From a virus (taxonomy: Duplodnaviria; Caudoviricetes), in IMG/VR virus record IMGVR_UViG_3300037847_003419, positions 1,873-65,872 of that record: a stretch of DNA of 64,000 nt; one strand, given 5' to 3'. Within the stretch, counting starts at the first letter, position 1, and the number at the start of each line of letters is the position of its first letter. The notes under the pieces were generated by a model that made no database searches, was not told where the DNA came from, and worked only from the letters and a program-made list of their open reading frames with translations. This document shows positions 41,612 through 51,780 of the stretch, piece by piece. The translations under genes and the position numbers were made by a program.

Positions 41612-43828
41612 TTAATTTTTAATTATTTGAGAAACATTACCTTTGTTTGAATACTTAGCAATGTTTATATTTAATTTTTGTTTTTCTCTTTCTGGGTTTG
41701 GTCTATACAAATGTCTATTACAAGCCATGATAGCTAACCCACTACTTATAGTAGCATCAAACTTTGTTCTTTTGGTTATATCAAACCTGCTCCAATCGTT
41801 TAAAGTTCTATTAAAAACAATACTACCGTAAACTCCATCTCCTTTGTGCCCAACATGTTCTTGTATGTACATTTCTACAGCGGCAGCATGAGCTTGTTTT
41901 ATATCTTCACTTGAGTTTGGTATACCACCTACTTCTTTTTCAGCAACAGATAATTTATTCCAAACTTTATCAGGTCTATTCATACTAAATCCTCTATAAC
42001 CTCTACGTCTTAAATAATACAAAAGTCTAGGTTTGTTGTTCTCTGCTAGTATTGGCATGCCATAAAACACGCAAGCCATTAGTACGTCTTCAAAAAATAT
42101 CTCTGCTGTTGGTGGTCTAGATATATATTCTAAAAAAAAGTGATTTGGTGGAGCGTCTTCCATGCTAAACTTAGTTAAACCGTGTAAAGCTCCGTTTGAA
42201 CCTCTTCTATCTACCGTACCTGATATATCGTAACTATCACAACCAAAGGCGCCTATATGCTCATTACCAGGATATTTTATACCATTTTTAATTATAACTT
42301 TATTTTGCAAGTGACTCGGTGGTAGCCAGCTAACTTTAAATCTACCTTTTGGATCTGGGTAAAATATAACTTTTGTATCTTTAATTCCGTTAACCCATTG
42401 AAAACTACCAGTGTTCACATTTAGTAAGTTTCCAGTTCCTTCGTTGTAATCTATTTGCTCGTATATTTTCACTAAGTTAAATATACTATTTTTTGTCTCG
42501 TCTCTAAACGCATGTTCTTCAGTCCTTGGAAATTGTCTGTAAAACTCGTTCAAAGCATCGTGATCTGATTTTAATCCTTCCGCCTCGTTTTCCCAGTGCT
42601 CAATTATGCCATAATCTATTAATTCACCGTCGGGTCCGAGTACGTCATTATCTGGGCTATTAAATACAGGTTGTCCGTATTCATCAATAAATCCTTCGTA
42701 GTTCCATTCCATTGGGATAAAAAGAGAATATAAACCAGACTTTGTTTGTCCATTACGATTTCTTTTTGTAACGTCTGAATCATAGTATAATTTTTTAAAG
42801 TTATCACCACCTTTTTCAAGAGCGTTACTAGTACTACCCATCATACATTTACCAACAACTTTAGCACCTAATCTTAAACAAGTTTTTGTAACTCTCCAAT
42901 TGTTTAATATGTTATCAGGTCTTTCCCATTTACCACTTTCATCGTGTACTAATAAATTAAGTTTTTCTCCATCATAACTATTATCACCTGTGTTTTTCCA
43001 ATCAATAGTAGTATCAAGTCCAACCAAGTCTTCCTGCTGTTCGTTTGCAGTAATCTTTTTACGCGTGAACTTACTAGCAGGTACACGATAAGCAAGTTCA
43101 GACTTAGGTCTATCCATACCGTCTTGTATCGGCTTAAAAAAGAAAGGATAGTTAATCGATATAGGAACAACCTTATCTGTAAACATTTTTTTAGCATCAG
43201 AACCTGTTTTAGAGAGTATACCATATCTACTATCACTTGCTAGCGTGGCTAAATTAACTGTTTCAGCTGAAGACATAAAACTAAAACCAGATCTTCTGTT
43301 TTTAAGATAACACATACCGTAACATCTTTTGTCAGCCTTACAAGCCTCCCAAAATATATAAAACAACCTATTAGCCTCTCTAAAATCAGGTGCACCTACG
43401 TCTATTTTACTCCATTGTAGATACATATAGTGACTACCTGTTATATAAGTTGGTTTTCCTTTGTTTGTAAACCAAAAACCTTCTTCTCTACGTTTAAACT
43501 CCTCATCTATAAAGTCAAACCATTTTTCTTTTTGTTCTTCTGGATACGCTCTCCAGTCAAATATATTTTTAAGTTTACTTAATTCTTTTGAGTATTCTAT
43601 TTTTTTCCACTTGTTTTCTTGCAGTTTATGTACTTGCAAGGGCACAGGTGGTAAAGCAATTCTAAGGTTTTGTATTTCAAGTATTTCGCCAATTTTACCA
43701 TTTTTTGATATAACGATAATATCATGTTCTTTATTGTATCCATATTTCCATTTTTTACCACGGTTTAAACGTGTTATTGTTGTTCTTTTTACAGGTTCTA
43801 TAACCTTAACTAAACTTTGCTTGTACAT
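41612..43828 (-). CDS. terL: terminase large subunit
   Basis: Walker A-like KNRRSGFS, Walker B LLVHDESGK, coupling motif GSTSN, nuclease FGCDSYD and C-terminal DATIS. Confidence 0.9.
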   Translation of the reverse strand: MYKQSLVKVIEPVKRTTITRLNRGKKWKYGYNKEHDIIVISKNGKIGEILEIQNLRIALPPVPLQVHKLQENKWKKIEYSKELSKLKNIFDWRAYPEEQKEKWFDFIDEEFKRREEGFWFTNKGKPTYITGSHYMYLQWSKIDVGAPDFREANRLFYIFWEACKADKRCYGMCYLKNRRSGFSFMSSAETVNLATLASDSRYGILSKTGSDAKKMFTDKVVPISINYPFFFKPIQDGMDRPKSELAYRVPASKFTRKKITANEQQEDLVGLDTTIDWKNTGDNSYDGEKLNLLVHDESGKWERPDNILNNWRVTKTCLRLGAKVVGKCMMGSTSNALEKGGDNFKKLYYDSDVTKRNRNGQTKSGLYSLFIPMEWNYEGFIDEYGQPVFNSPDNDVLGPDGELIDYGIIEHWENEAEGLKSDHDALNEFYRQFPRTEEHAFRDETKNSIFNLVKIYEQIDYNEGTGNLLNVNTGSFQWVNGIKDTKVIFYPDPKGRFKVSWLPPSHLQNKVIIKNGIKYPGNEHIGAFGCDSYDISGTVDRRGSNGALHGLTKFSMEDAPPNHFFLEYISRPPTAEIFFEDVLMACVFYGMPILAENNKPRLLYYLRRRGYRGFSMNRPDKVWNKLSVAEKEVGGIPNSSEDIKQAHAAAVEMYIQEHVGHKGDGVYGSIVFNRTLNDWSRFDITKRTKFDATISSGLAIMACNRHLYRPNPEREKQKLNINIAKYSNKGNVSQIIKN

Positions 43829-44106
43829 TACTTAGATCTACCTTCTGCGAATCCTTTAAAGACTTTTTTCTCTGCCTCTTTAGGTGTTTTGCCCTCAAGC
43901 AGGTTTTCTTCTTCTTGGATTCTGTTAAGTATTTCAAATGCGTCAAATATTGCTAGTTTTTTAGTAGCCGCGGCATTTTTTAATCTATCAGCACTAACGT
44001 CATCTTCTGTATTAGTAATAATTTTTTCTTTAGCTACATTAATAAGTTCTTCAACTGCTCTATGCCCAGCTTGGATTATAAGCTTCTTCGTTTCCTTGAT
44101 ATTCAT
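43828..44106 (-). CDS. putative terminase small subunit
   Basis: Small helical protein coupled (TAATG) to terL. Confidence 0.5.
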   Translation of the reverse strand: MNIKETKKLIIQAGHRAVEELINVAKEKIITNTEDDVSADRLKNAAATKKLAIFDAFEILNRIQEEENLLEGKTPKEAEKKVFKGFAEGRSK

Positions 44107-44641
44107 ATTTAATTGTAATAAATTTATTCATAACTCTATATAATCTTTTGTTATCGATTATAAACTCATACGTTGATGAAGGTGTAAAACCTACAAGATC
44201 GTCAATATCATTGACGCCGTCAGTATATTTAACTATACCTATGCACTCTTCTTCTTCTCCTGATTTTAGCTTGTTTCTTTGCTTGATTGGTTGAACAAAA
44301 CAATAACCATCCATAGCTTTCCATTTGTTATTTCTTTTGTACAAAAATATTTGATCTTGTCTTACAAGATATGTGTTTTCGTTAAAATAACTTCTACTGT
44401 TTTTTTCCTTACCTTTAATATCTAGCCATCTTCTAAAAACATTATGATGTACTATAACAGTATCTCCAGGTTTTATTTTGGTTTTATAAGCTGTAGGTAT
44501 AGATTTAACAATAGCTTCTCTATTTACAAACTGATGATTAAAGATCTCAGTGTTAACAATAAGATCTTTATCACCAATTTTTTTAATGTTGTTATATCTA
44601 TCTCCTTTTGGCTCTATTACAAAATCAAAAGGTGCTTTCAT
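44060..44641 (-). CDS. GroES-like (tandem) co-chaperonin-fold protein
   Basis: FVIEP...AIVKSIP...IKPGDTVIVHH and a second YCFVQP...GIVKY...DLVGF unit. Confidence 0.5.
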   Translation of the reverse strand: MKAPFDFVIEPKGDRYNNIKKIGDKDLIVNTEIFNHQFVNREAIVKSIPTAYKTKIKPGDTVIVHHNVFRRWLDIKGKEKNSRSYFNENTYLVRQDQIFLYKRNNKWKAMDGYCFVQPIKQRNKLKSGEEEECIGIVKYTDGVNDIDDLVGFTPSSTYEFIIDNKRLYRVMNKFITIKYEYQGNEEAYNPSWA

Positions 44642-44862
44642 TAGTACTCTAAGTTATATTCTATAGATACCGCCATGTTTTTGTTAAAGTCTTTCCAAGG
44701 TAGAACATTTTTATTTTTTTTAATATAAATAGAATATTTATCTTTTTCTTCTATTATATCACATATAGTATGTCCGCCATAAACGTCTTGACCAACAGAA
44801 TAGTGCATAGCGTTATCTTTATAGTCTTTACCTACAGTAATTTTTCTAATTAGTTTGCTCAT
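44641..44862 (-). CDS. conserved phage hypothetical protein
   Basis: IRKITVGKDYKDNAMHYSVGQ; coupled to its neighbours. Confidence 0.6.
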   Translation of the reverse strand: MSKLIRKITVGKDYKDNAMHYSVGQDVYGGHTICDIIEEKDKYSIYIKKNKNVLPWKDFNKNMAVSIEYNLEY

Positions 44863-45109
44863 AATTTATAGTTCCGTCTGAGATGTTAATATCGTAAGTT
44901 CCGTATTCTTTTTCAAACTCAGACTGCATTAAAGTTAATTTATCATTCATTGTTGAAACGTGATGTGAAAGTTGGTGTATATTTGTAGTAAAAACACCTA
45001 TTTGCATTTGAGCTTTGTTTATTGTACTTATCACGTTTTGCAAGTTGTTTAATTGCTCGTTACTAATTTTTGAAGGCTTAGCCACCTTTTTTGTTTTTCT
45101 TTTTGCCAT
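44846..45109 (-). CDS. small coiled-coil protein
   Basis: Heptads ending EKEYGTYDINISDGTI. Confidence 0.55.
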   Translation of the reverse strand: MAKRKTKKVAKPSKISNEQLNNLQNVISTINKAQMQIGVFTTNIHQLSHHVSTMNDKLTLMQSEFEKEYGTYDINISDGTINYEQTN

Positions 45110-45140
45110 TTTATTTAATTTAAGTTAATTATTTATTTTG

Positions 45141-45911
45141 TTACCCAGCGTTTGTAGTATTAAACGCAGGTGCGTTACCTCCTGATCCAAATGTACCTAC
45201 GTAGCTATTTATTCTGTCTGTAACGGTGGTACCTGTTCCTTCGTTAAATGTCCAGTGTGCTATAATAGTACCAACTGTATCTACGTTTGTTTGATCTGAT
45301 TTTCCACTATTATAAAGTGTCGTGACGTTACTAGCTGATAAAACATCGCTATAAACAGCAAAGTCGTCTAAATATCCATTGAAGTCAGCATTACCGTTAA
45401 ACGAAGTACCTTGTATAACTTCTACACCTGTAGCCCCAGCCGCGTCGTCAAAATCTCCGTCTAATGCAACCCCTTCTATGTCAACAGTATCTCTTAACGA
45501 TCCGTCAACATATAGTTTTGCAGAACTAGCGTCCCAAGTACATACTACATGATGAAACTTTCCATCGTTCTCTAATCCAGAAGAAGGATCGTAATTAGTC
45601 AGTTTTGAAACACTAGCACCTTTAAAAGTGAATGTAAGTTTATCATCAGAGTGTTTATATTGTAATTGTATACGGTTATTTGTATCTATACAAAAATCCC
45701 ACAACTGACCATTAGAACTTGTGCTTTCAAATCTAGCCCATATTGATACAGATCCAGAAGCCTTGAAGCTATTATCAGCTAAAGCAGATTGAAATCCTGA
45801 TGTAGTAAAATTTATCTCATCGTTACTACCATCAAATAATATAGAGTGATTTGTACCAAAATCTTCACCTAACGAAGATCCAGAAGTTAAGCTAATACCT
45901 AGTCCTAACAT
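45141..45911 (-). CDS. LamG/concanavalin-A-like lectin domain protein (virion accessory)
   Basis: SILFDGSND, SVSIWA, DGKFHHVVCTWD...KLYVDG, FNGYLDDFAVYS..LSA. Confidence 0.8.
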   Translation of the reverse strand: MLGLGISLTSGSSLGEDFGTNHSILFDGSNDEINFTTSGFQSALADNSFKASGSVSIWARFESTSSNGQLWDFCIDTNNRIQLQYKHSDDKLTFTFKGASVSKLTNYDPSSGLENDGKFHHVVCTWDASSAKLYVDGSLRDTVDIEGVALDGDFDDAAGATGVEVIQGTSFNGNADFNGYLDDFAVYSDVLSASNVTTLYNSGKSDQTNVDTVGTIIAHWTFNEGTGTTVTDRINSYVGTFGSGGNAPAFNTTNAG

Positions 45912-46327
45912 TATGCTCTATTGTGATAATCTGGTCTTGGAGCAACGTAAACTATTGCAGAACCACCATTTAACTCTACATTATCCCACATACCGTATAT
46001 AGTAACGCCTTTTGGAAATGTGTCTGAAGTTGTTATTGGATCAGAGTCCTCGTTAGTTTCGTTTGTAGTATCTGCAGCAGCAGCGTTCCACATAGTATCT
46101 ATAGCTAATGTTTCTGTTCCTACAAAAGCAGTGTCACCCATACCCATATTAACACCACCATCAAGTGATTCTAATGCTTGAAAAGTAACATCTGTTATCA
46201 TTGTAATAGCGCAAACATAATATTTGGCTGTAGAAGCTGTTAAAAGTAACTTAGCACCGTCACCTTTTAAAAACGTTGATCCAAATTGACCAAAGCCATA
46301 AGTTACTTCTGTTGAATTTTGTCCCAT
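45911..46327 (-). CDS. putative virion structural protein
   Basis: TFPKGVTIYGMWD motif; coupled to the LamG gene. Confidence 0.5.
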   Translation of the reverse strand: MGQNSTEVTYGFGQFGSTFLKGDGAKLLLTASTAKYYVCAITMITDVTFQALESLDGGVNMGMGDTAFVGTETLAIDTMWNAAAADTTNETNEDSDPITTSDTFPKGVTIYGMWDNVELNGGSAIVYVAPRPDYHNRA

Positions 46328-46719
46328 TATTTTTTTACTTTTTCTAGTGATCTACCACCGAAGTAAGCACCGATCACAGTTATTAATACTAATTGTAATA
46401 AATCTACCCAAGTATCTTTTACTTCAAAAGCAATAACACCAGCATCGATAAATATCATCAATACTGTTGATACAACTAAGAATATAAGAACTAAAGGTCT
46501 TATGTTTTTTGATAACCAAGAATCAGATTGCATATCAACCTTCCATCTTTCGGTTACTTGCTTTTGCATTTCAGCTTCGTAACCCATTATCATATCTTTT
46601 ATTTTTCTTTCAGCCTCAAGCTTTTCTTCTTTAGAAGTGTGTAGTTCGTCTATTACACCACCTACGCCTTTTACTAATTCAGTAGCTCCTCCTGAAAATA
46701 TTTTTCCTAATATACTCAT
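46327..46719 (-). CDS. holin (GTA-type 3TM holin-like)
   Basis: RWKVDMQSDSWLSKNIRPL, two hydrophobic helices, YFGGRSLEK. Confidence 0.7.
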   Translation of the reverse strand: MSILGKIFSGGATELVKGVGGVIDELHTSKEEKLEAERKIKDMIMGYEAEMQKQVTERWKVDMQSDSWLSKNIRPLVLIFLVVSTVLMIFIDAGVIAFEVKDTWVDLLQLVLITVIGAYFGGRSLEKVKK

Positions 46720-46988
46720 TATTCTGGTCTTCCTTGTTCGTCTTCAAATATTTCTTTTTTTCTTTTTGCAAGAGCTCTTTCGTACTCTCTTTTTTCTTTT
46801 TTACCGCAAGGGTCTGGATGATTAGTTTGTAAGTTAAAAGAAGGTGGTACATCTGGGCCTATAGAAGCTTGAAGTCTACAGTACTCTTGGTTAGTTATTT
46901 TTTTACCATCTTTTTTAAAGTAAAACTCTTTATCGTAAACTTTTTGTTTAAAAGGTGAAACTCCACCTATGAAATCTGTATATGCCAT
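46719..46988 (-). CDS. small protein with SPFKQ motif
   Basis: MAYTDFIGGVSPFKQ start. Confidence 0.55.
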   Translation of the reverse strand: MAYTDFIGGVSPFKQKVYDKEFYFKKDGKKITNQEYCRLQASIGPDVPPSFNLQTNHPDPCGKKEKREYERALAKRKKEIFEDEQGRPE

Positions 46989-47002
46989 TTTATTTTTTTA
47001 TA

Positions 47003-47440
47003 TTATTTCATTGGAGCTCTATCTGCCTTAACGTTTCTTCTAAGTATAGCTAGCTCGTCTCTAAGTCTTTTAACAGTATTTTGTAATTTTTCTACCTTTT
47101 TATTATCTCCAGCAGCCTCAGCATCTGGTATATCGTTGTTTACTAAAAATCCTATTCTATCTTCCAAATCGTTAATTCTTTCTCTACCTTGAAATCCTTT
47201 CGTACCTTTACCTTCGTATACATACGTACCTTCGTATTCACCCTCCATAACACCAGGATTCTTTTCAGGTACAGGTCCTTCTTGTTTAAGAGCTGAGTTA
47301 TAAAACAAGCCAGAGTCATCATTAAGTTCTCTACCTATTTTGTTTTCACCTCCTCTATTTTTTAATCTACCAATGTTTATTTTTGACCTTCTTTTTACAG
47401 GACTATTCATACCTGCCGGTCTTTTCATTTTAAATGCCAT
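47003..47440 (-). CDS. small protein with MAFKMK leader
   Basis: MAFKMKRPAGMNSPVKR. Confidence 0.65.
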   Translation of the reverse strand: MAFKMKRPAGMNSPVKRRSKINIGRLKNRGGENKIGRELNDDSGLFYNSALKQEGPVPEKNPGVMEGEYEGTYVYEGKGTKGFQGRERINDLEDRIGFLVNNDIPDAEAAGDNKKVEKLQNTVKRLRDELAILRRNVKADRAPMK

Positions 47441-47847
47441 TATTTTGAGTTTTTTATTTTGTTACTAATTTTAAATGCTCTTGATTCATGAGGTAAGTTA
47501 GGATCACCTTCAGAATAAGCTATACCGCTGTCTTGATCTATAAGCTTGCCGTCTTTTCTAGCGTACTTTTTACCAGCTATTTTATCTGTTACACTTTTGT
47601 CATCGTAAGCTAATTTACCAGACTTCATTTCGTCTTGGTGATGAGCTTCATGAGCTATAACTTCTTTTTCTTTTTTACTACCAGGCTTTATGCTAGTATC
47701 TAGTTTTATAGTATTACCATTTTCAGCCTCACCTAGTATACCTTCGTCTAAATCTTCTCTAACTACCTTGTAACCTTTGTACGTAAAACCATCAGGTTCT
47801 CCTTTAAAAGGAAAGCTAGATTTGTTATATTTTAATTTAAAAGGCAT
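47440..47847 (-). CDS. zincin-like metallopeptidase with MPFKLK leader
   Basis: ILGEAE..TIKLD...EVIAHEAHH...LPHESRAF (HExxH plus downstream E). Confidence 0.65.
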   Translation of the reverse strand: MPFKLKYNKSSFPFKGEPDGFTYKGYKVVREDLDEGILGEAENGNTIKLDTSIKPGSKKEKEVIAHEAHHQDEMKSGKLAYDDKSVTDKIAGKKYARKDGKLIDQDSGIAYSEGDPNLPHESRAFKISNKIKNSK

Positions 47848-47848
47848 A

Positions 47849-48154
47849 TTATTTCTTTTTCTTTTTTATAAGATCACGCATAGATCCTTTTCTTCTAGGC
47901 ACTGGCTTTCCTTGTTTCCTCCAAATAGCCTTACCTTTTTCATCTAAGTCTTCGTATCTAACAACATCTTCATTTTGTTCTTCTAAAAACTTTATATCTT
48001 CCTCGGTATAATCTTTTGGATATTCTTTCTTTTGCTTGTTAGGAGAACTCATAATCTTTTCTAGTCTATCAGCTTGACCAGCGTGAGTTTTACTAGCTTT
48101 TCTAAGCTCACCTATTATTTTTTTAACACTTTCGTTTTTTAATTTAAAAGCCAT
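47849..48154 (-). CDS. small basic protein with MAFKLK leader
   Basis: MAFKLKNES...SSPNKQ. Confidence 0.6.
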   Translation of the reverse strand: MAFKLKNESVKKIIGELRKASKTHAGQADRLEKIMSSPNKQKKEYPKDYTEEDIKFLEEQNEDVVRYEDLDEKGKAIWRKQGKPVPRRKGSMRDLIKKKKK

Positions 48155-48155
48155 A

Positions 48156-48596
48156 TTATCTTTCTTTGTCTTTAATCATATCGTCTATAGCCTTGTTGTA
48201 AACTTTATCTGTATACGATTTATTATTAAAAAATACACTTCGTTCTGAAACAGGTAAATCTTCTTCACCAAGTAGTATTCTGTATATTCTACTTATTAGT
48301 TGACTGCATTTAAACGAAGTTTTAAAAACAGAGTATTTTATTGTTGTTCTATTTCTTTGTCTCCAAACTTCAATCCAGCCTTCTCTTCTTAGTTTTTCCC
48401 AACGGTTCTTATCCCAACTCATGGTATAAGTACCATCTATAAACTCTTGTCGTGTAAATCTTCCTTTACAATCTAAATAAATTAATAATTCTAAATCTGC
48501 ATCTGTTAATCCGTAAGTCTTACAAGCCCACTTTCTAGTGAGCCTGTAATACTTAAGGATATTCATTTCACGCAGGTCTTGCGCTGTTAATCTCAT
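48156..48596 (-). CDS. winged-helix (MarR-like) DNA-binding protein
   Basis: YGLTDADLELLIYL...KLRREGWIEVWR. Confidence 0.55.
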   Translation of the reverse strand: MRLTAQDLREMNILKYYRLTRKWACKTYGLTDADLELLIYLDCKGRFTRQEFIDGTYTMSWDKNRWEKLRREGWIEVWRQRNRTTIKYSVFKTSFKCSQLISRIYRILLGEEDLPVSERSVFFNNKSYTDKVYNKAIDDMIKDKER

Positions 48597-48602
48597 TTAA
48601 GA

Positions 48603-49022
48603 CTAGTCAGCAGCAGCTTGCGCAGCTACAACTGTAATTCCAGTAGCTCCAATGTCGCTAGTAGGATCAGCAGCTGGCTTATCAGCGTAACCGTCATAAA
48701 GCGTTATAAAACCGTCATCGTGTGGTCCACCGTTAACTTTGTTTAATAAAGCTTTAATAAGTGCTTTTTGTCCGTACTGAGCACAAGCAAGCACAATTAC
48801 ATCTGGATCAGCATCACCAGCAGCAGCTTCAGAAGTCTGTGTTTTTCTGATAGGCTTCAAGAAAACACTGACAGCATCGTCATCGTCTGTAATTGCACCG
48901 TTAGCATCTGAAGTACCAGAACAAGCGCCCATAAAGTTTTCAACTGGATAAACGTTTGACCCCGTAGCCTCATCGTCTTCTGAAGCAGTAGCAGTTCCTA
49001 CTCTAAAATACAATAATTTCAT
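48603..49022 (-). CDS. acidic A/D-rich protein, possibly virion-associated
   Basis: Clean ORF with codon usage like the capsid gene; no recognised motif. Confidence 0.5.
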   Translation of the reverse strand: MKLLYFRVGTATASEDDEATGSNVYPVENFMGACSGTSDANGAITDDDDAVSVFLKPIRKTQTSEAAAGDADPDVIVLACAQYGQKALIKALLNKVNGGPHDDGFITLYDGYADKPAADPTSDIGATGITVVAAQAAAD

Positions 49023-49095
49023 CGTTTTTTAGTTTTTGATTAATAATTAGGTTAATTGTGTTTTGGTTCGTGGGTTTTGGGTTTTGGTATATGGC

Positions 49096-49353
49096 TTAAT
49101 CTATAAGTACGACGTCTTGTTGTTTTATAACGCCGTAAAATTTATCTTTATGTTGTATACCGTGGCCTGCGTGTTTATCGTAGTATATAACGTCGTCATT
49201 ATTTATACCTTCTACTAAATTACCAACAGATACAACTTTTGCCTTTAAATATCTATTATCTTCGTTAATTTCATCTGTTAAAATTAATCCACCAACTTTT
49301 TTAGGCTCGTTCTTTATAGGGTCGATAATTATATAATGATTAACTGCCTTCAT
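49096..49353 (-). CDS. groES: co-chaperonin GroES
   Basis: MKAVNHYIIIDP, mobile loop KKVGGLILTD, AKVVSVG; overlaps the groEL stop. Confidence 0.85.
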   Translation of the reverse strand: MKAVNHYIIIDPIKNEPKKVGGLILTDEINEDNRYLKAKVVSVGNLVEGINNDDVIYYDKHAGHGIQHKDKFYGVIKQQDVVLID

Positions 49354-50905
49354 CTACTCTGATATTTGAAATTACACAATCAGCGGATATAATAGTAGTC
49401 ACAACAGAAATAGAATTTTTAAGTGCTGTTTTAGTTACGAGCACAGGATCTATAATACCCGCCTTTACCATTTCGACTTCTTCACCTGTTATAACGTTTA
49501 TACCGTTACCACCAGCAAGCTCTTCAGTTTGATCTATACCAGCATTAGACAATATAGTTTTATAAGGAGCTTTTATAGCGTTTAATAGTATTGCTTCACC
49601 TACGTTTTCACTAGCTATTCTTTCCGATGCGTTTAATAAGGCAATACCACCTCCTGGAACTATACCTTCTTTCAAAGCAGCTTTAGTAGCATATATCGCA
49701 TCTTCTACTCTATCACGTTTTTCTTTTAGTTCAACCTTCGAGTTAGCGCCAACGCGCACGATTCCAACACTACCTGACAGCATTGCTATTCTTTGCTGTA
49801 TTTTTTTCTTTAAAAAGCCGTTTTTCTCTGCTTTGTGTAGCTTTTTAACTTCTTTTATACGATCTTTTACACTTTCGTCAATATTTTCAAGCGTAATTAC
49901 TGTATTTTTATCGTCTGTAACAGCTTTTTCAGCTTCACCGAGTATATCTAGTGATATTCCGTCTAAATCATCACCTAATTCTTCGTTAATTACAGTAGCA
50001 TTTGTTAAAATAGCTAAATCTTTTATAGTATCTTGCTTTGTAGGACCAAAACCAGGTGGGTCTATGATATTAACTTTAATATTACCTTTAACTTTATTCA
50101 TTAAAAGCGCAGATTTAACCTGTTGTGACACTGGAGCTACTATTAAAAGTGATCTATTGTTTTTAATAACGTACTCTAGTATGTTTTGTATCTTTCTAAC
50201 ATTAGGTATCTCTGAAGCTACGACTAAAACTAGTGGATTTTCAAGTACAGCTCGCTGTTTTTCTGTGTCTGTAATAAAGTGTGGTGATGTAATACCGCAT
50301 TCAAGTTGTACACCATCAACTAATTCTACATAAGTTTCGTCAGTTTCAGAACTTTCCATTAAAACAACGCCATCGTTACCAACTTTTTTGTAAGCTTCTG
50401 CAATAATAGCACCTAGTTCTTTATCATTATTACAACTAATAGCTGCAACATTGTCTAACATGTCGTCTTTTACCTCAATTTTAATACTATCAAGGTATTC
50501 GTTTACTTTTTTAAGCCCAGAAGCAATACCTTCTTTTATATCTCTTGTAGTAAATTCTTTGTAAGATCTGTTGCTAATTTCTTTTATAAGTGATTCAGCA
50601 AGGACGGTAGCTGTAGTAGTACCGTCACCCGCTTCTTTCACTGTATTTCTTGCGGCTTCTTTAATAAGTGTAGCGCCCATGTTTTCAACCGGATCAAATA
50701 AGACAACTGATTCAGCTACAGTTACTCCGTCTTTTGTGATAACCGGTTTACCGCGTCCATCTTCGTATATTACGCACTTACCAGAAGCGCCTAGTGTGGA
50801 TTTTACGGCTTGAGCTAGCTTACTTACGCCAGCTATAATTCTAGATTTAGCAGAATCGCCAAAATTCAAGTCTTTGACAATCTCGCTAGGTAGATTGTAT
50901 TCCAT
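49340..50905 (-). CDS. groEL: chaperonin GroEL
   Basis: TLGASG, ITKDGVTVA, AGDGTTTATVLA, GIVPGGG, GIIDPVLVT; no GGM tail. Confidence 0.96.
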   Translation of the reverse strand: MEYNLPSEIVKDLNFGDSAKSRIIAGVSKLAQAVKSTLGASGKCVIYEDGRGKPVITKDGVTVAESVVLFDPVENMGATLIKEAARNTVKEAGDGTTTATVLAESLIKEISNRSYKEFTTRDIKEGIASGLKKVNEYLDSIKIEVKDDMLDNVAAISCNNDKELGAIIAEAYKKVGNDGVVLMESSETDETYVELVDGVQLECGITSPHFITDTEKQRAVLENPLVLVVASEIPNVRKIQNILEYVIKNNRSLLIVAPVSQQVKSALLMNKVKGNIKVNIIDPPGFGPTKQDTIKDLAILTNATVINEELGDDLDGISLDILGEAEKAVTDDKNTVITLENIDESVKDRIKEVKKLHKAEKNGFLKKKIQQRIAMLSGSVGIVRVGANSKVELKEKRDRVEDAIYATKAALKEGIVPGGGIALLNASERIASENVGEAILLNAIKAPYKTILSNAGIDQTEELAGGNGINVITGEEVEMVKAGIIDPVLVTKTALKNSISVVTTIISADCVISNIRVDEGS

Positions 50906-50936
50906 ATTAAATTAAATTTTATTAAATTGTGTTGTT

Positions 50937-51764
50937 TTATTTTTTTAAAACTTTACCTGCTACTCTAGCAGCTAATTTACCAGTCGCCTTAGTAATACCA
51001 GCTACTTTACCAGCTGTTTTACCAACTGCCTTACCAGCTTTATCAACTGCCTTACCAGCTTTTTTAGCTATTTCTTTAACCAATTTAGGTGGTAAATTTT
51101 TCTTTTGTTTTTCTGTTTGTTTCATAGCAGTTGACTTTTTCATAGTCATAGGCCCCTTGTAAGTTTCTTTTTTACCACTTGCTTTGCGATTTTTAACTGT
51201 TTTCATCGCTTTCTTAACTTTATCCGTCATCTTTTTGAAGTCGGTTGTAGTCATTTTATTAAGTTCGTTTTCTGCGTAATTTTTTGGACCCATAAATTCC
51301 ATTTTCTCTTTTTCCAGTTTTCTAACCTTTGCTTTTTTACGCAGTTTTGCAGGAGATGGATCTTTAGGATCCGGTGGAGTCGGTTCACCCCCTTGTTTCA
51401 TTGCCGACTTTTTCATAGTCATAGCACCTTTATAATTTTCTCTCTTACCACTTGATTTTTTAGGACCAACAGGACCATCCGCTGGATCAACTTTTATATT
51501 TTTGCTTTTAGGACGTTTAACATCACCAATTCTTTCTCTAAGTCTATCTTTTTCATCAACTTTGTTTTTAGGATTAGGACGTTCAACTTGTTTCATTGCT
51601 GAAGATTCTTTCTTCATCATCATAGGATCTTTTTTAAGATCCATAGGTGTATCTACGTCACCTTTAGGTTTCATTTTCATAGCAGCTTTTTTAGCCATTT
51701 TCATGGTTGATTTAGTTGCCATTTTACCCAATTTATATGGGTTTCCTTTCATTTTGAATGCCAT
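50937..51764 (-). CDS. very basic K/M-rich protein with MAFKMK leader
   Basis: Repeated (S/T)AMKQ and GPMTMK units; KAVGK-like C-terminal repeats. Confidence 0.65.
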   Translation of the reverse strand: MAFKMKGNPYKLGKMATKSTMKMAKKAAMKMKPKGDVDTPMDLKKDPMMMKKESSAMKQVERPNPKNKVDEKDRLRERIGDVKRPKSKNIKVDPADGPVGPKKSSGKRENYKGAMTMKKSAMKQGGEPTPPDPKDPSPAKLRKKAKVRKLEKEKMEFMGPKNYAENELNKMTTTDFKKMTDKVKKAMKTVKNRKASGKKETYKGPMTMKKSTAMKQTEKQKKNLPPKLVKEIAKKAGKAVDKAGKAVGKTAGKVAGITKATGKLAARVAGKVLKK

Positions 51765-51780
51765 TGTTTTGTTTTTATAA

